Assembly: GCA_041484665.1 (NCBI GenBank)
Contig: JBGPIA010000009.1
Span: forward strand, 64,001 to 128,000
Source of the DNA: Candidatus Krumholzibacteriia bacterium
GTDB lineage: Bacteria > Krumholzibacteriota > Krumholzibacteriia > JAJRXK01
DNA: 64,000 nucleotides
Reading direction: 5' to 3'
Part shown: piece after piece, positions 19,929 to 28,956 of the stretch
Layout of the letters: the number at the start of each line of letters is the position of its first letter
Numbering within the stretch: position 1 is the stretch's first letter
The notes under the pieces: generated by a model
Told to the model about the DNA's origin: nothing
Databases searched by the model: none
What the model saw: the letters and a program-made list of their open reading frames with translations, nothing else
Made by a program: the position numbers and the translations under genes

Positions 19929-21161
19929 ATGGCCCAGCGCCTGTCACCGCTGACGCGAGCGCCGGGGCTGCGGCGCCTGGGCGATCTCGCACGCCAGGGC
20001 GCGCTGCCGCAGTCGCTGCTGCTGGAGGGCCCCGAGGGCAGCGGCAAGGAGGCCGCCGCGATCGAGTTGGCCTGCCTGCTGTTGTGCGCTCCAGCGCTCG
20101 ACGCCAACTGTGGCCGCACCGCGCGGGCGTTGCTGCACCCCGACCTGCGCTTCGCGTTCCCAGTGGAGGCCTCCCTCAGCGATCTCGGGCTCCGCGAGCT
20201 GCTCGACGCCAAGGCCCGCGAGCCCCTCTCTCGCATCCGCCAGCCGGGGAGCGCCATCCTCCCCATCGGCGAGCCCGACGACCCCAGCCCCTGCTCGATC
20301 CGCGAGCTGCGCCGCTTCGTGTCCATGAAGCCATTCTCGGCCGAGAAGCGCGTGGTCATCGTGGCCGATGCCCACCGCATGAACCGCTCTGCCGCCAACG
20401 CGCTCTTGAAGACGCTCGAGGAGCCTCCGCCTTGCGCGCAGCTGATCTTGTGCACCCACCAGCCACGTCTGCTGCCAGCGACGGTGCGCTCGCGCTGCAC
20501 GCGCGTGCGCGTGCCGGGCCTGCGCGAGGACGAGCTCGCCAATCACCTGGAGGCGGCGCACGGCCTGGACGCTGCGCAGGCCGCCCAGCTGGCTGCGGCC
20601 TGCGGCGGCAACGCCCGCCGGGCGCTGGATCTGGTCGATCCGCAGGCGCGGCGTCTGGCCGGATGGGCAGCGGCCTTGCTGGAGCGGCTGCTGCAGCGGC
20701 GCGTCCACGAGCTTTTGCGCGGGGCCGAGCTGCTGGCCAAGGGCCAGGATCCCACCGGCGCGCAGCCGCTCGCGGGCAAGCTCGCCGACGCGAGCCTCTC
20801 CACCGGCCGCGATCTGGGAATGCGGACGCTGGACTTCATGGTGGCCGACCTGGTGGCCCTGGCCCGACTGCGCGCGGGGGCGACGGTGGCGGCCGCGCGC
20901 CAGCCGTGGCTCGCGCCGATGGTGGCGTCGCTGGGGGACCGCGATCCCGCGGCGATGGCCGACGTGCTGCTGCGGGCCCGCGACGATCTGGCGCGCAACG
21001 TCAACGTGAGCCTCGTGCTCACCCACGCTTTCTGCGAGGCACTGCGCGCCCGGGGGAGCAGCGACCGCACCCTCGCCGCCGCGGCCGCCCCAGGCGATGG
21101 CGATGCCGCGCAGGCCGCGGTGGAGGCGCCAGCCGCCGAGCCGGATCCGTGGCAGGGCTGA
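19929..21161 (+). CDS. holB: DNA polymerase III delta' subunit
   Basis: LLLEGPEGSGK, HPDL, AANALLKTLEEPP, LLPATVRSRC. Confidence 0.88.
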   Translation: MAQRLSPLTRAPGLRRLGDLARQGALPQSLLLEGPEGSGKEAAAIELACLLLCAPALDANCGRTARALLHPDLRFAFPVEASLSDLGLRELLDAKAREPLSRIRQPGSAILPIGEPDDPSPCSIRELRRFVSMKPFSAEKRVVIVADAHRMNRSAANALLKTLEEPPPCAQLILCTHQPRLLPATVRSRCTRVRVPGLREDELANHLEAAHGLDAAQAAQLAAACGGNARRALDLVDPQARRLAGWAAALLERLLQRRVHELLRGAELLAKGQDPTGAQPLAGKLADASLSTGRDLGMRTLDFMVADLVALARLRAGATVAAARQPWLAPMVASLGDRDPAAMADVLLRARDDLARNVNVSLVLTHAFCEALRARGSSDRTLAAAAAPGDGDAAQAAVEAPAAEPDPWQG

Positions 21162-21988
21162 TCGACACCCACCTGCACCTGGCGCGCCCCGAGTTCGACG
21201 CCGACCGCGACCCGGTGCGCGCCCGCGCGTACGCCGCCGGTGTGGCCGCCTTCCTGCAGGTGGGGTTCGACCGCTTGTCGATCGAGGCGGCTCTGCAGAT
21301 GGCCGCGGGTGAGCGGGCCAGCTGGTGCACGGCTGGCATCCATCCCCACGAAGCGCGCAGCTACGACGATACGACGCAGGCGCTGCTGAAAACCCTGGCA
21401 CAGGAGCAGCGCATCGTGGCGATCGGCGAGTGCGGATTGGACTACTTCCGCGATCTCAGCCCCCGCGATGTCCAGCGCGATGCCTTCCGACGCCAGATCC
21501 GCCTGGCTGCCGACGTCGGCCTCCCGCTGGTGCTCCACGTGCGCGACGCCTACGACGACGCGCGGCGGATCCTGCAGGAGGAGGGGCTGCCGCCGCGGCG
21601 CGGGATCTTCCACGCCTTCGCCGGTACTCCGGCCTTCGCTCGCTGGGCCGTCGGCGAGGGGTTCCTGCTGGGAATCGGGGGCCCGCTCACGTATCCCACT
21701 TCGGGCCTGCCCTTGGTGATCGAGGGGCTGCCGGCTTCGGTGTTCCTGCTGGAGACCGACGCCCCATGGCTTCCGCCGCAGCCCTGGCGGGGCCAGCGAA
21801 ACGAGCCCGCGTATCTGCGCGTCACCGCGCAGCGCCTGGCTGCGTTGTGCGGCACGCCGCTGGACGACCTGGCGGAGATCACCGCGCGCAACTTCGAACG
21901 CCTGCTGCAGGTGGCTCTGCCGGCGGAGTTCTGGGCCATCGTGCCCTCGCAGCTTGCGGCGCCGCTGCCGCAGCGCCGCCACGGGTGA
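21149..21988 (+). CDS. tatD: TatD family deoxyribonuclease
   Basis: IDTHLHL, GIHPH, AIGECGLDY, HVRDA, FHAF, LETDAPW, RNEPA. Confidence 0.93.
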   Translation: MAGLIDTHLHLARPEFDADRDPVRARAYAAGVAAFLQVGFDRLSIEAALQMAAGERASWCTAGIHPHEARSYDDTTQALLKTLAQEQRIVAIGECGLDYFRDLSPRDVQRDAFRRQIRLAADVGLPLVLHVRDAYDDARRILQEEGLPPRRGIFHAFAGTPAFARWAVGEGFLLGIGGPLTYPTSGLPLVIEGLPASVFLLETDAPWLPPQPWRGQRNEPAYLRVTAQRLAALCGTPLDDLAEITARNFERLLQVALPAEFWAIVPSQLAAPLPQRRHG

Positions 21989-22020
21989 GCGGCCGACCCC
22001 GCAGCGCAGGGTGCTGCGCG

Positions 22021-22090
22021 GTGGCGCGCGCTGGCGAGCGGTAGCGCGCAACGGCGCGCCATGGCGCGCCATGGCGCGGCACGGCGGGGC
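22021..22090. repeat. Imperfect 10-bp tandem repeat (~7 units), partly palindromic
   Basis: gtggcgcgcg/ctggcgagcg/gtagcgcgca/acggcgcgcc/atggcgcgcc/atggcgcggc/acggcggggc. Confidence 0.6.
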
Positions 22091-22191
22091 ATGCCCGGAT
22101 CTTCCGTGGCGCTTCGGCTGGCGTCGCTCCACCACCACCCCGCCCGGGATCGCGCCGCGGTCGCTCCTGCGGCTCCCGCGGCGCCGGCTCG

Positions 22192-22220
22192 TTGACACCC
22201 CACGGGGCGGGTGGTAGAGT
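22192..22220 (+). promoter_or_regulatory. Strong sigma70-type promoter upstream of rsmA
   Basis: TTGACA-N17-TAGAGT with extended -10 TG. Confidence 0.75.
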
Positions 22221-22226
22221 CAAGCT

Positions 22227-22433
22227 TCCTCGCTGATCGGACCTTCCCTGAGTGGTTCGCATCGATCTTGCATCGTTCCTTCCGGAGGTCCTTCGTCCGC
22301 ACCTGTGCTAATGCTCGCGCTCCGTTGAGGTTTCTGGAGTGTTGCGAGACGGGCATCCGCCCGCGGGACGGGGGCTTTCCCCCCTCGACATAGTGGATTC
22401 CGAGCCGTCCCCCGGGGCGACATCGGCACGACC
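22227..22433 (+). ncRNA. Candidate structured 5' leader or small RNA of unknown family
   Basis: Stems GGACCT/AGGTCC (22239-44/22286-91), CTCGC-GCTCC/GGAGT-GCGAG (22314-23/22336-48) and GGGACGG/CCGTCCC (22365-71/22405-11) downstream of a consensus promoter. Confidence 0.35.
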
Positions 22434-22445
22434 GTGACCCGGCCC

Positions 22446-23291
22446 ATGACCCAGGCGGCGCTGCTGCGCCGGCATGGCCTGCGGCCCAAGAAACGGCTCG
22501 GCCAGCACTTCCTGACCGACCGGCGGGTTCTGGCACGCATCGTGGATGCTGTCGTCGCCAGGGGCGTGTCGCGCGTGGTCGAGCTCGGCTCTGGGGCCGG
22601 GGCATTGACCTTTGCGCTGCTGGCGGCAGGCTTGGAAGTCGAGGCCATCGAGTTGGACCCCCGGCTGGTCGAGCTCCTCACCGAGGAGATCGGCCTGATG
22701 GACCTGCCGCCCGGGCGCGCCCGGGTGGTGCGGGCGGACCTGGCCCAGCTGGACTACCTGGCCCTGGTGGGGCGGCAGCCGATGCTGTTCGTCGGCAATC
22801 TCCCCTACCAGGTGACCAGCCTGGTGCTGCTGGGGATCCTGCCCGCGCTCGTGCTGCCGCAGGCCCGGGGGGCGCTGCTGATGATGCAGGCCGAGGTCGC
22901 CGCCCGTCTGACCGCACGGCCCGGCGGCAAGGAGTACGGCGTGCTCACGGTGCTGACGGCCGCGCAGGCCACCTCGACGCGACTGCTGCGCGTGTCGCCT
23001 GGAGCGTTCCTGCCGCCGCCGCAGGTGGAGTCGGCGGTGGTGGAGCTGCGGCCACGGCCGGACCGGCTCGAGCTGGCGCCCTCGTGCGTGGCCCTGGTCA
23101 AGGAGCTCTTCGGACAGCGGCGCAAGCAGATCGGCGGGCTGTTGCGGCGCGCCAGTGGGCTGGGAGAGACGCGACTCGCACAGCTCGCGGCGGAGTTGGG
23201 GATCGACCCGCACCGGCGGGCGGAGACGCTCTCGCTCGCGGATTTCGTGGCGCTGGATCGGTGGCTGGGCGGTGGGGAACGGCGCGGATGA
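22446..23291 (+). CDS. rsmA: 16S rRNA adenine dimethyltransferase RsmA/KsgA
   Basis: PKKRLGQHFL, VELGSGAGALT, IELD, GNLPY, MMQAEVA, F.PPPQVESAVV, RAETLS. Confidence 0.95.
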   Translation: MTQAALLRRHGLRPKKRLGQHFLTDRRVLARIVDAVVARGVSRVVELGSGAGALTFALLAAGLEVEAIELDPRLVELLTEEIGLMDLPPGRARVVRADLAQLDYLALVGRQPMLFVGNLPYQVTSLVLLGILPALVLPQARGALLMMQAEVAARLTARPGGKEYGVLTVLTAAQATSTRLLRVSPGAFLPPPQVESAVVELRPRPDRLELAPSCVALVKELFGQRRKQIGGLLRRASGLGETRLAQLAAELGIDPHRRAETLSLADFVALDRWLGGGERRG

Positions 23292-25426
23292 GCAGGGAGC
23301 GAGGAAGGGTTGTCATGGCGGCGACGATGCTGGCTCTGCTGGGCGTGTGTACGCGATCCGCGGCGGCGCAGTGGCTGGGGTCCACGACGCAGTCGCAAAC
23401 CTCTGCGTCGCAGGACAGCACCGCCCAGGGTGGCCAGAGCGGCCAGGGCAGCCAAAGTAGCGCGACCACGCCGGGCGGGCCGACGGCACCGACGGGCGCC
23501 CCGCCCGGCCTGGGCGAGGTCGGCCGCATGTCCCAAGCGCGCAACGACAGCAGCGCCGCCGACTCCCTCAAGGGGCAGATCGCGTTCCCCCACAGCTTCC
23601 CCTGGATCGGGCCCGTACATCCGACCGTCACCCTCTCGGTGGGAAGTGGTGTCTCCGACGTGACCCTCCACGGGACCTCCACCCTGCCCTTGCTGGTGGA
23701 CGGCTTCCGCACCAACTCGACCTACACCCACGAGTACAAGGACTACCGTCAGGTAGACCGCACCTCGCAGACCGAGGCCGTCGACACGGCGTGGAACCGG
23801 CTGTTCGGCAAGTGGGGCCAGCTCAACGTGGGTTTCAACCGCAACTCGTTCCACGATTCGCAGGTGAGCAGCGTTGGCACGTTCGTGGTGGAGAATCGCG
23901 ACTCCCGAGGCGACGCAAAGCTCGCGGGCAAGGCCGAGCTGCCCGCCGGGCTGCTCTCCACCTGGAACCTCGGGGGTGACATCCAGGACTCGCGCGGGAG
24001 CACCCGCGGGACGAACAGCGACAAGACGCTGACCAGCAGCGACGCCGGCGCCAGCCTGGCCTACGACGGTGGCAGCTGGAGCGCCAGCGCCCGGGCCGGC
24101 GGGGACCGCGCCCGCGGCGATCGCAGCCTGCGCGGCAAGACCGCTCCGGCGACCACGACGACCGACACGCTGCGCACTGGCCTGTCGCTGTCGCGCGGGT
24201 CACGGCTCTCGCTGCAGTTCGACGCGCGCCGGATGCTGTTCGAGGAGAAGCGGCTGGATTTCCCCCGCGACAACCTGGGGCGCGTGGACACCCTGCGCAT
24301 CGACGTTGGCGACCGCGATTCGCTCGCAGTGCAGGAGGAAAAAGAGATCCGCAACGGCAACGCCCTCGGTGCCACGGTGCGATCGCAGCCTCTGCCCTGC
24401 GTGCAGACCACGGGGAGCTACCGCTACGAGTCCACCGAGACGACCTACCGCATCAACCAGCAGGGGCTGCTGCAGCGTCGTCTCGAGGCGCTCGACCTGG
24501 GCGCCTCCTACTCCCATGCGGAGGCCAGCAGCCTGTCCGTCCGTTACTCGACCTCGACCTCCTGGACCAACCAGCTCAACATCGGCAGCAGCACGTTTCG
24601 CGGCCGTGAGACCCAGGACACCAAGGAGGCCTCCATTACGCTGGATCAAGCCATCGTCTCGGCCACCAGCCTCAAGGCCACCGTCGGCGAGCGTCTGGTC
24701 CAGAACGTCTTCGAGGATCCCACCAACTCCAACGATCGCGACGAGCTCTACGATTTCTTGACCGCCAACCTCACCAGCGCGGCCATCACCAACCTGCGGA
24801 CCAACCTCAGCGGCACGCTGCACCTGACCGACTACATCAACATCGACCAGGCGATCGTGCCCAACAACCGGCAGGAGCGCTTCTACGAGCTGCACGGCGA
24901 CTACTCGTGGACGGGGCTGCCGGGGGTCCATCTCAACCAGAACTACACGCTCAACATCGTCTACCGCGATTTCACCCAGTCCGACGACAAGGACGAGTTC
25001 AACAAGCAGGGCAGGTTCGATACCGCAATCGACGTCGATCTGCCGCGCAGGGCCTCCTTGCACTTGGGGTACACGCTCGATGTCCACAAGAACGGCGTAC
25101 GCGATGTGGAGACGCCGGGGGTCTATATCCCTACCGAGCGGCGTTTCGATCACATCGTGGTTACGGGCGTCAGGATCCCGGTGAAGGATTACTCCCTCGG
25201 CGTCCAGGCCACGCGCGGCTTCCTGGACGACGAGAAGCCCAATGTCGGCACCCGCCAGCGGGAGAATCGTGGCGAACTCCACTCCGGGGTGACCGGAAAG
25301 CACAAGCTGCGCGGCAACATGGACCTGGACCTGGCCATCGAGTACGTGCTGGCCTACGGGCCGCGCGTTCGCGAAGAGAGCCGACGCTACTACGTGGCGA
25401 ACACCACGGTCACGATGAGGTTCTGA
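23288..25426 (+). CDS. Hypothetical outer-membrane beta-barrel protein
   Basis: Signal peptide (..RSAAA/QW), S/T/Q/G-rich linker, many alternating amphipathic beta-strand-like segments, C-terminal YVANTTVTMRF ending in Phe (BAM-type signal). Confidence 0.7.
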   Translation: MSRERGRVVMAATMLALLGVCTRSAAAQWLGSTTQSQTSASQDSTAQGGQSGQGSQSSATTPGGPTAPTGAPPGLGEVGRMSQARNDSSAADSLKGQIAFPHSFPWIGPVHPTVTLSVGSGVSDVTLHGTSTLPLLVDGFRTNSTYTHEYKDYRQVDRTSQTEAVDTAWNRLFGKWGQLNVGFNRNSFHDSQVSSVGTFVVENRDSRGDAKLAGKAELPAGLLSTWNLGGDIQDSRGSTRGTNSDKTLTSSDAGASLAYDGGSWSASARAGGDRARGDRSLRGKTAPATTTTDTLRTGLSLSRGSRLSLQFDARRMLFEEKRLDFPRDNLGRVDTLRIDVGDRDSLAVQEEKEIRNGNALGATVRSQPLPCVQTTGSYRYESTETTYRINQQGLLQRRLEALDLGASYSHAEASSLSVRYSTSTSWTNQLNIGSSTFRGRETQDTKEASITLDQAIVSATSLKATVGERLVQNVFEDPTNSNDRDELYDFLTANLTSAAITNLRTNLSGTLHLTDYINIDQAIVPNNRQERFYELHGDYSWTGLPGVHLNQNYTLNIVYRDFTQSDDKDEFNKQGRFDTAIDVDLPRRASLHLGYTLDVHKNGVRDVETPGVYIPTERRFDHIVVTGVRIPVKDYSLGVQATRGFLDDEKPNVGTRQRENRGELHSGVTGKHKLRGNMDLDLAIEYVLAYGPRVREESRRYYVANTTVTMRF

Positions 25427-26019
25427 TGGACGCTCGTCTGCGCGCAGTTCTGACGTTGGCGGCGGCTCTGGCTGCGGCGCTCGTATGCAGCGGTGCGGGA
25501 TGCTTGTTCGAGCCGCGCACCCCCGAAAGCGGGGGCGGCACGGACATCTGCTTCCAGCCGATCCCGGCCAACGTGGAGAAGGACGTGTTCGTCAACCTGA
25601 ACGGCTCGCTCAAGTGCAAGCTGAGCGCCAGCTACCAGGTCCAGTTCGCCGACAATTTCGTGTTCATTCCGGCGCCCAGCGTGGCGGCGTCGTTTCCCCA
25701 GGCGTTCCTGGACCCCTGGACGCTCGCCAGCGAGAAGACGTTCAGCGACCGGCTGTTCTCCCAGGCGGACTCCATCGTCGTGGACCTGCGCCAGACGGTC
25801 GACGCCAGCACGCTCAACGGGACCGACCCCGTGAGCTACGAGGCGACCTACTTCCTGCGCTACAAGCCGCGGGGTGGGCTCGCCACCGTGTACCGGGCGC
25901 GGGCCCGCTACACGCTGCGGACCGTCGGCGGGACGTTCCGCCTGACGCAGTGGGAAGATTTCGAGCCGGGTCCCGGGCTGCTGACCCTGGGCCAGCTCAG
26001 AGGGGAGCTGTTCCAGTAG
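25426..26019 (+). CDS. Hypothetical lipoprotein, NTF2/SnoaL-like
   Basis: Hydrophobic leader ending GAG/C-LFEPRTPE; pattern N..Y...F.F...W...E...F and C-terminal LTQWED; translationally coupled (TGATG) to the barrel gene. Confidence 0.7.
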   Translation: MDARLRAVLTLAAALAAALVCSGAGCLFEPRTPESGGGTDICFQPIPANVEKDVFVNLNGSLKCKLSASYQVQFADNFVFIPAPSVAASFPQAFLDPWTLASEKTFSDRLFSQADSIVVDLRQTVDASTLNGTDPVSYEATYFLRYKPRGGLATVYRARARYTLRTVGGTFRLTQWEDFEPGPGLLTLGQLRGELFQ

Positions 26020-26066
26020 TCAATTTTGTGACCGGGCCAGTTTGACCCACGCGCGGGGCTGGCTTT

Positions 26067-26083
26067 GCGGCCCCCAATTTGCT
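26067..26083 (+). promoter_or_regulatory. Putative sigma54-type promoter
   Basis: GCGGCCCCCAATTTGCT: GG-N10-GC with TTTGCT, about 47 nt before the ATG at 26130. Confidence 0.4.
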
Positions 26084-26129
26084 ACGTTTGTTCCCGGAAT
26101 ACGGATTCGATTGTGGAGGTATCCGCACC

Positions 26130-26738
26130 ATGCATCCGAGCCGACCGACCCTTCGCACCAGCCTCCTTCTGCTCTGCGCGCTTCTCGCCGCGCAGTTGCT
26201 CCTGTCCGGCTGCGGCATCTTCTCGCCGCAGGAGCCCAAGGACAAGAAATCAACCACACCCCCCGACGAATTGGCGACCACGCCGGACATCCTCGTGAAG
26301 AACTTCACGAAGTGCTACACGGGGAAGAACATCGATCTGTACGAGAAGGTCCTCCATCCACAGTTCCAGTTCTTCTTCGCCCAGCAGGACGTCAGCGTGC
26401 TGGGCGTCGCGTCGTGGGACCGCGAGCACGAGATCCGCAGCACGACCAACATGTTCACGGGAGTCACCGGGACCAAGCCGGATGGCTCGCAGCAGCCGGG
26501 GATCCAGTCCATCACGCTGACGCTGTCGCCCATCGGCGAGTGGACGACCAACGTGGACGCCCAGTACCTCGGTACGCAGAAGCACAGCTACACCGTCGAC
26601 ATGGCTGTCACCTACAAGGGCGACAGCATCGACCAGGTGGGCGGAATCCAGGATCTCTACGTCGCTCCCGTCATCCAGAACGGCCAGACGATCTACCAGC
26701 TCAAGTTCTGGGTCGACGACGGCGTCACGGTCCACTAG
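26130..26738 (+). CDS. Hypothetical lipoprotein, NTF2/SnoaL-like, paralogue of the upstream gene
   Basis: Lipobox LLSG/C-GIFSP; LVKNF..Y..KNIDLYEKVL..FQFFF...W...E...MF, C-terminal LKFWVD; SD GGAGGT. Confidence 0.78.
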   Translation: MHPSRPTLRTSLLLLCALLAAQLLLSGCGIFSPQEPKDKKSTTPPDELATTPDILVKNFTKCYTGKNIDLYEKVLHPQFQFFFAQQDVSVLGVASWDREHEIRSTTNMFTGVTGTKPDGSQQPGIQSITLTLSPIGEWTTNVDAQYLGTQKHSYTVDMAVTYKGDSIDQVGGIQDLYVAPVIQNGQTIYQLKFWVDDGVTVH

Positions 26739-26823
26739 GTCCCGCGGGAGCTTCGCCTCCGGGAAGCACTGCCCTCCCGGTGCCTGCCCGACCGACGCGC
26801 TCGCGCACGGACTTTCTGCAGCG

Positions 26824-26858
26824 ATCGCCCCCGCCTCTAGCGGGGGCGATTCTTGTTT
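26824..26858 (+). terminator. Putative intrinsic terminator
   Basis: 11-bp stem ATCGCCCCCGC/GCGGGGGCGAT with a 5-nt loop, followed by TCTTGTTT. Confidence 0.6.
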
Positions 26859-26891
26859 CGCCGCAGGCCATCGCCTACGCTGCGCGCCACC

Positions 26892-28118
26892 ATGAGCGCC
26901 GCCCGCCGCGCCTCTTCCATTGGCCACCGCAGCTCCGCCAGCAAGGGCCGCAACTCCCGCGGCCGCAACCGGATCCCGCGCGCCTGGCGCGTGCTGGCGG
27001 CGTGCCTGGCGATCCTCGCCGGAGCGGGCCTCTTGACCCTGCGCTGGTGGCACTCCGACGCGGGACGCATGTGGTTGGCCGACCGCGGCGCGCGCGAAGC
27101 GCAAGCCTGGGCCCAGCAGCGCCTGGAGCAGGCGGTGCTCTCCGCACTGCGCACGGCCGGCGTCGCTGCGGACAGCCTGCGTGTCCTGCCGCGCCACGAC
27201 GGCCAGCTGGCGTGCGTGCAGGCGCGCAGCGGCGCGCCGCTGCTGGACCTGGACATCGCCGTGACCGCCGCGGTGGAGAGCGCCGCAGGCCGCGTCCACA
27301 GCGGCCGGCGGCGCGACGGCGAGCAGGGCGTCACCCTCGATCTTACCGTGGGGACGCCGGCGCGTCCGACGCTCCGCGTGCTGGTGCAGCGCAGCGCAGC
27401 GCTCCCGCAGCCAGCCCCGCCCTCCACGGCGTCGCCCGCGGGCCTGTTGGCTATCGTCGTCGACGACTGGGGATACAATCTGGGCCCCCTCGCCATGCGC
27501 CTGCTGCAGCTGGACGTCCCGCTGACGATGGCGATCCTGCCGGAGCTCGCGTATTCCAAGCGGGCCCTCGCGGAGGTCCTGGGCCACGGCAAGGTGCCAC
27601 TGCTGCACCTGCCCATGCAGCCCGAGCGGGTCGAGGAGTTGGGGGCGGGCACTCCCGCGGTCATGGTGGGAATGCCTGCGGCGGAGATCCGGACACTGGT
27701 CTTGCGCCTGCTCGATGGGCTGCCGGGCGTGGTGGGGGTGAACAACCACATGGGCAGCGAAGCCACGCGCCACGGCCCCGAGATGCTCGCGGTGATGCGG
27801 GCGCTGGACGAACGCGGCCTGTTCTTCCTCGACAGCCTGACCACGCCCGCATCGGTGGCCTACGACGCGGCGCGGCAGGCCGCGATCCCCGCCCTGCGCA
27901 ACGACATCTTCCTGGACCGCGAGACGCAGGACCCCCAGGTCGTCGAGCAGCGCCTGCGCTGGCTGATCGAGCGGGCGCGCGAGCGCGGCCAGGCCATCGG
28001 GATCTGCCATGTGAACGCCGCCAGCGTCCAGATCCTCGAGCAGGTGCTGCCGCAACTGCGCGATGGAGAGGTCCGGGCGGTGACGCTCACCGACCTCCTC
28101 CACCGCCTTCCGGGCTGA
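26892..28118 (+). CDS. Divergent polysaccharide deacetylase family protein (YibQ/DUF610-like) with N-terminal TM anchor
   Basis: LAIVVDDWG, LTMAILP, LLHLPMQP, GVNNHMGS, FFLDSLT, DIFLD, AIGICH. Confidence 0.88.
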   Translation: MSAARRASSIGHRSSASKGRNSRGRNRIPRAWRVLAACLAILAGAGLLTLRWWHSDAGRMWLADRGAREAQAWAQQRLEQAVLSALRTAGVAADSLRVLPRHDGQLACVQARSGAPLLDLDIAVTAAVESAAGRVHSGRRRDGEQGVTLDLTVGTPARPTLRVLVQRSAALPQPAPPSTASPAGLLAIVVDDWGYNLGPLAMRLLQLDVPLTMAILPELAYSKRALAEVLGHGKVPLLHLPMQPERVEELGAGTPAVMVGMPAAEIRTLVLRLLDGLPGVVGVNNHMGSEATRHGPEMLAVMRALDERGLFFLDSLTTPASVAYDAARQAAIPALRNDIFLDRETQDPQVVEQRLRWLIERARERGQAIGICHVNAASVQILEQVLPQLRDGEVRAVTLTDLLHRLPG

Positions 28119-28125
28119 GGCGACC

Positions 28126-28911
28126 ATGCGATCCTGGCGTCCCGCCTATCACCAGGGTGTCGGCCGGCGCGTCGCGGTGGCTCTCGTGCTGAGCTGCCTC
28201 GTGCACGCCGGCCTCGCGCCCCTGCTCATGCGCGCCCTGAGCAGGCCGGGGCGGGCAGCCCGCTCAGAGCGAGTCCACTTCTGGGAGGGGCACACCGGAG
28301 CGTACGGACCCATCCAGCTCATGCCGGAGATCAACCTCGCGCACGGCGACGACCCGCTGACGCGTCCCGCGCGGGCGCCCAGCGCAGCAGCGACACCGCG
28401 CCCACGCGGCGCTCACTCGAGCCCGCAGCCTGCGGGCCCGCCGGCTGCACCTCCCTCCTCGGGGCCCGTCCTCCCGGAGCCCGTGTCCGCCGACGAGTCG
28501 CGCAGCGATCGCCCAGAGACCGAGCAGCCTTTCGCGACCGGTGTGGCCGGACCCCCAACGCTTGGGCAGGTGGAGCTCAATCGCGCCAGCCAGACGACGC
28601 TCGATTTCGTGCTCACGCACTTCGTCCGTCCGTCCTACCCGGCCGGCGTTCCCGCCGCGCTGCTGGGACGGGCGATCGTGGTCCATGTGGCGATGTACGT
28701 CGACCCCGGCGGAAGCGTCGCCCAGGCGTATGTGGTGAGCAGCGAGGGAGGGCCGCTGTTCGACGAGGCCGTGCTCGCCGCCGTCCGGCAATGGAAGTAC
28801 CGCCCCGTGGTGGTCGGCCGTGAGCCGCGACCCTTCTGGGATCAAGTCAAGGTCACGTTTGTCGGCGCGCAGAGCGGCACTCCCGGCTCGGTGCGCGTCA
28901 ACGGCGGCTGA
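28126..28911 (+). CDS. TonB family protein
   Basis: TM with S-x3-H (LSCLVH), Pro-rich linker, TonB_C (PSYP...YVDPGGSV...SSEG..FDEAVLAAVRQWKYRP). Confidence 0.82.
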   Translation: MRSWRPAYHQGVGRRVAVALVLSCLVHAGLAPLLMRALSRPGRAARSERVHFWEGHTGAYGPIQLMPEINLAHGDDPLTRPARAPSAAATPRPRGAHSSPQPAGPPAAPPSSGPVLPEPVSADESRSDRPETEQPFATGVAGPPTLGQVELNRASQTTLDFVLTHFVRPSYPAGVPAALLGRAIVVHVAMYVDPGGSVAQAYVVSSEGGPLFDEAVLAAVRQWKYRPVVVGREPRPFWDQVKVTFVGAQSGTPGSVRVNGG

Positions 28912-28928
28912 GAGCCGCAGCGGTCCCG

Positions 28929-28956
28929 TTGACACCCGGTGGCCCCCCGCTATACT
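28929..28956 (+). promoter_or_regulatory. sigma70-type promoter upstream of secD
   Basis: TTGACA-N16-TATACT. Confidence 0.7.

Noticed and set aside
22243..22435. Resemblance to 6S RNA (CCCTGAG..GTTCGC start, ~190 nt) and, on the minus strand, to a glycine aptamer (GAAGGA...CTCAGG)
   Set aside because: No convincing full-length rod or central bubble for 6S; no downstream minus-strand gene or complete aptamer core for glycine. Kept only as an unknown structured RNA candidate.
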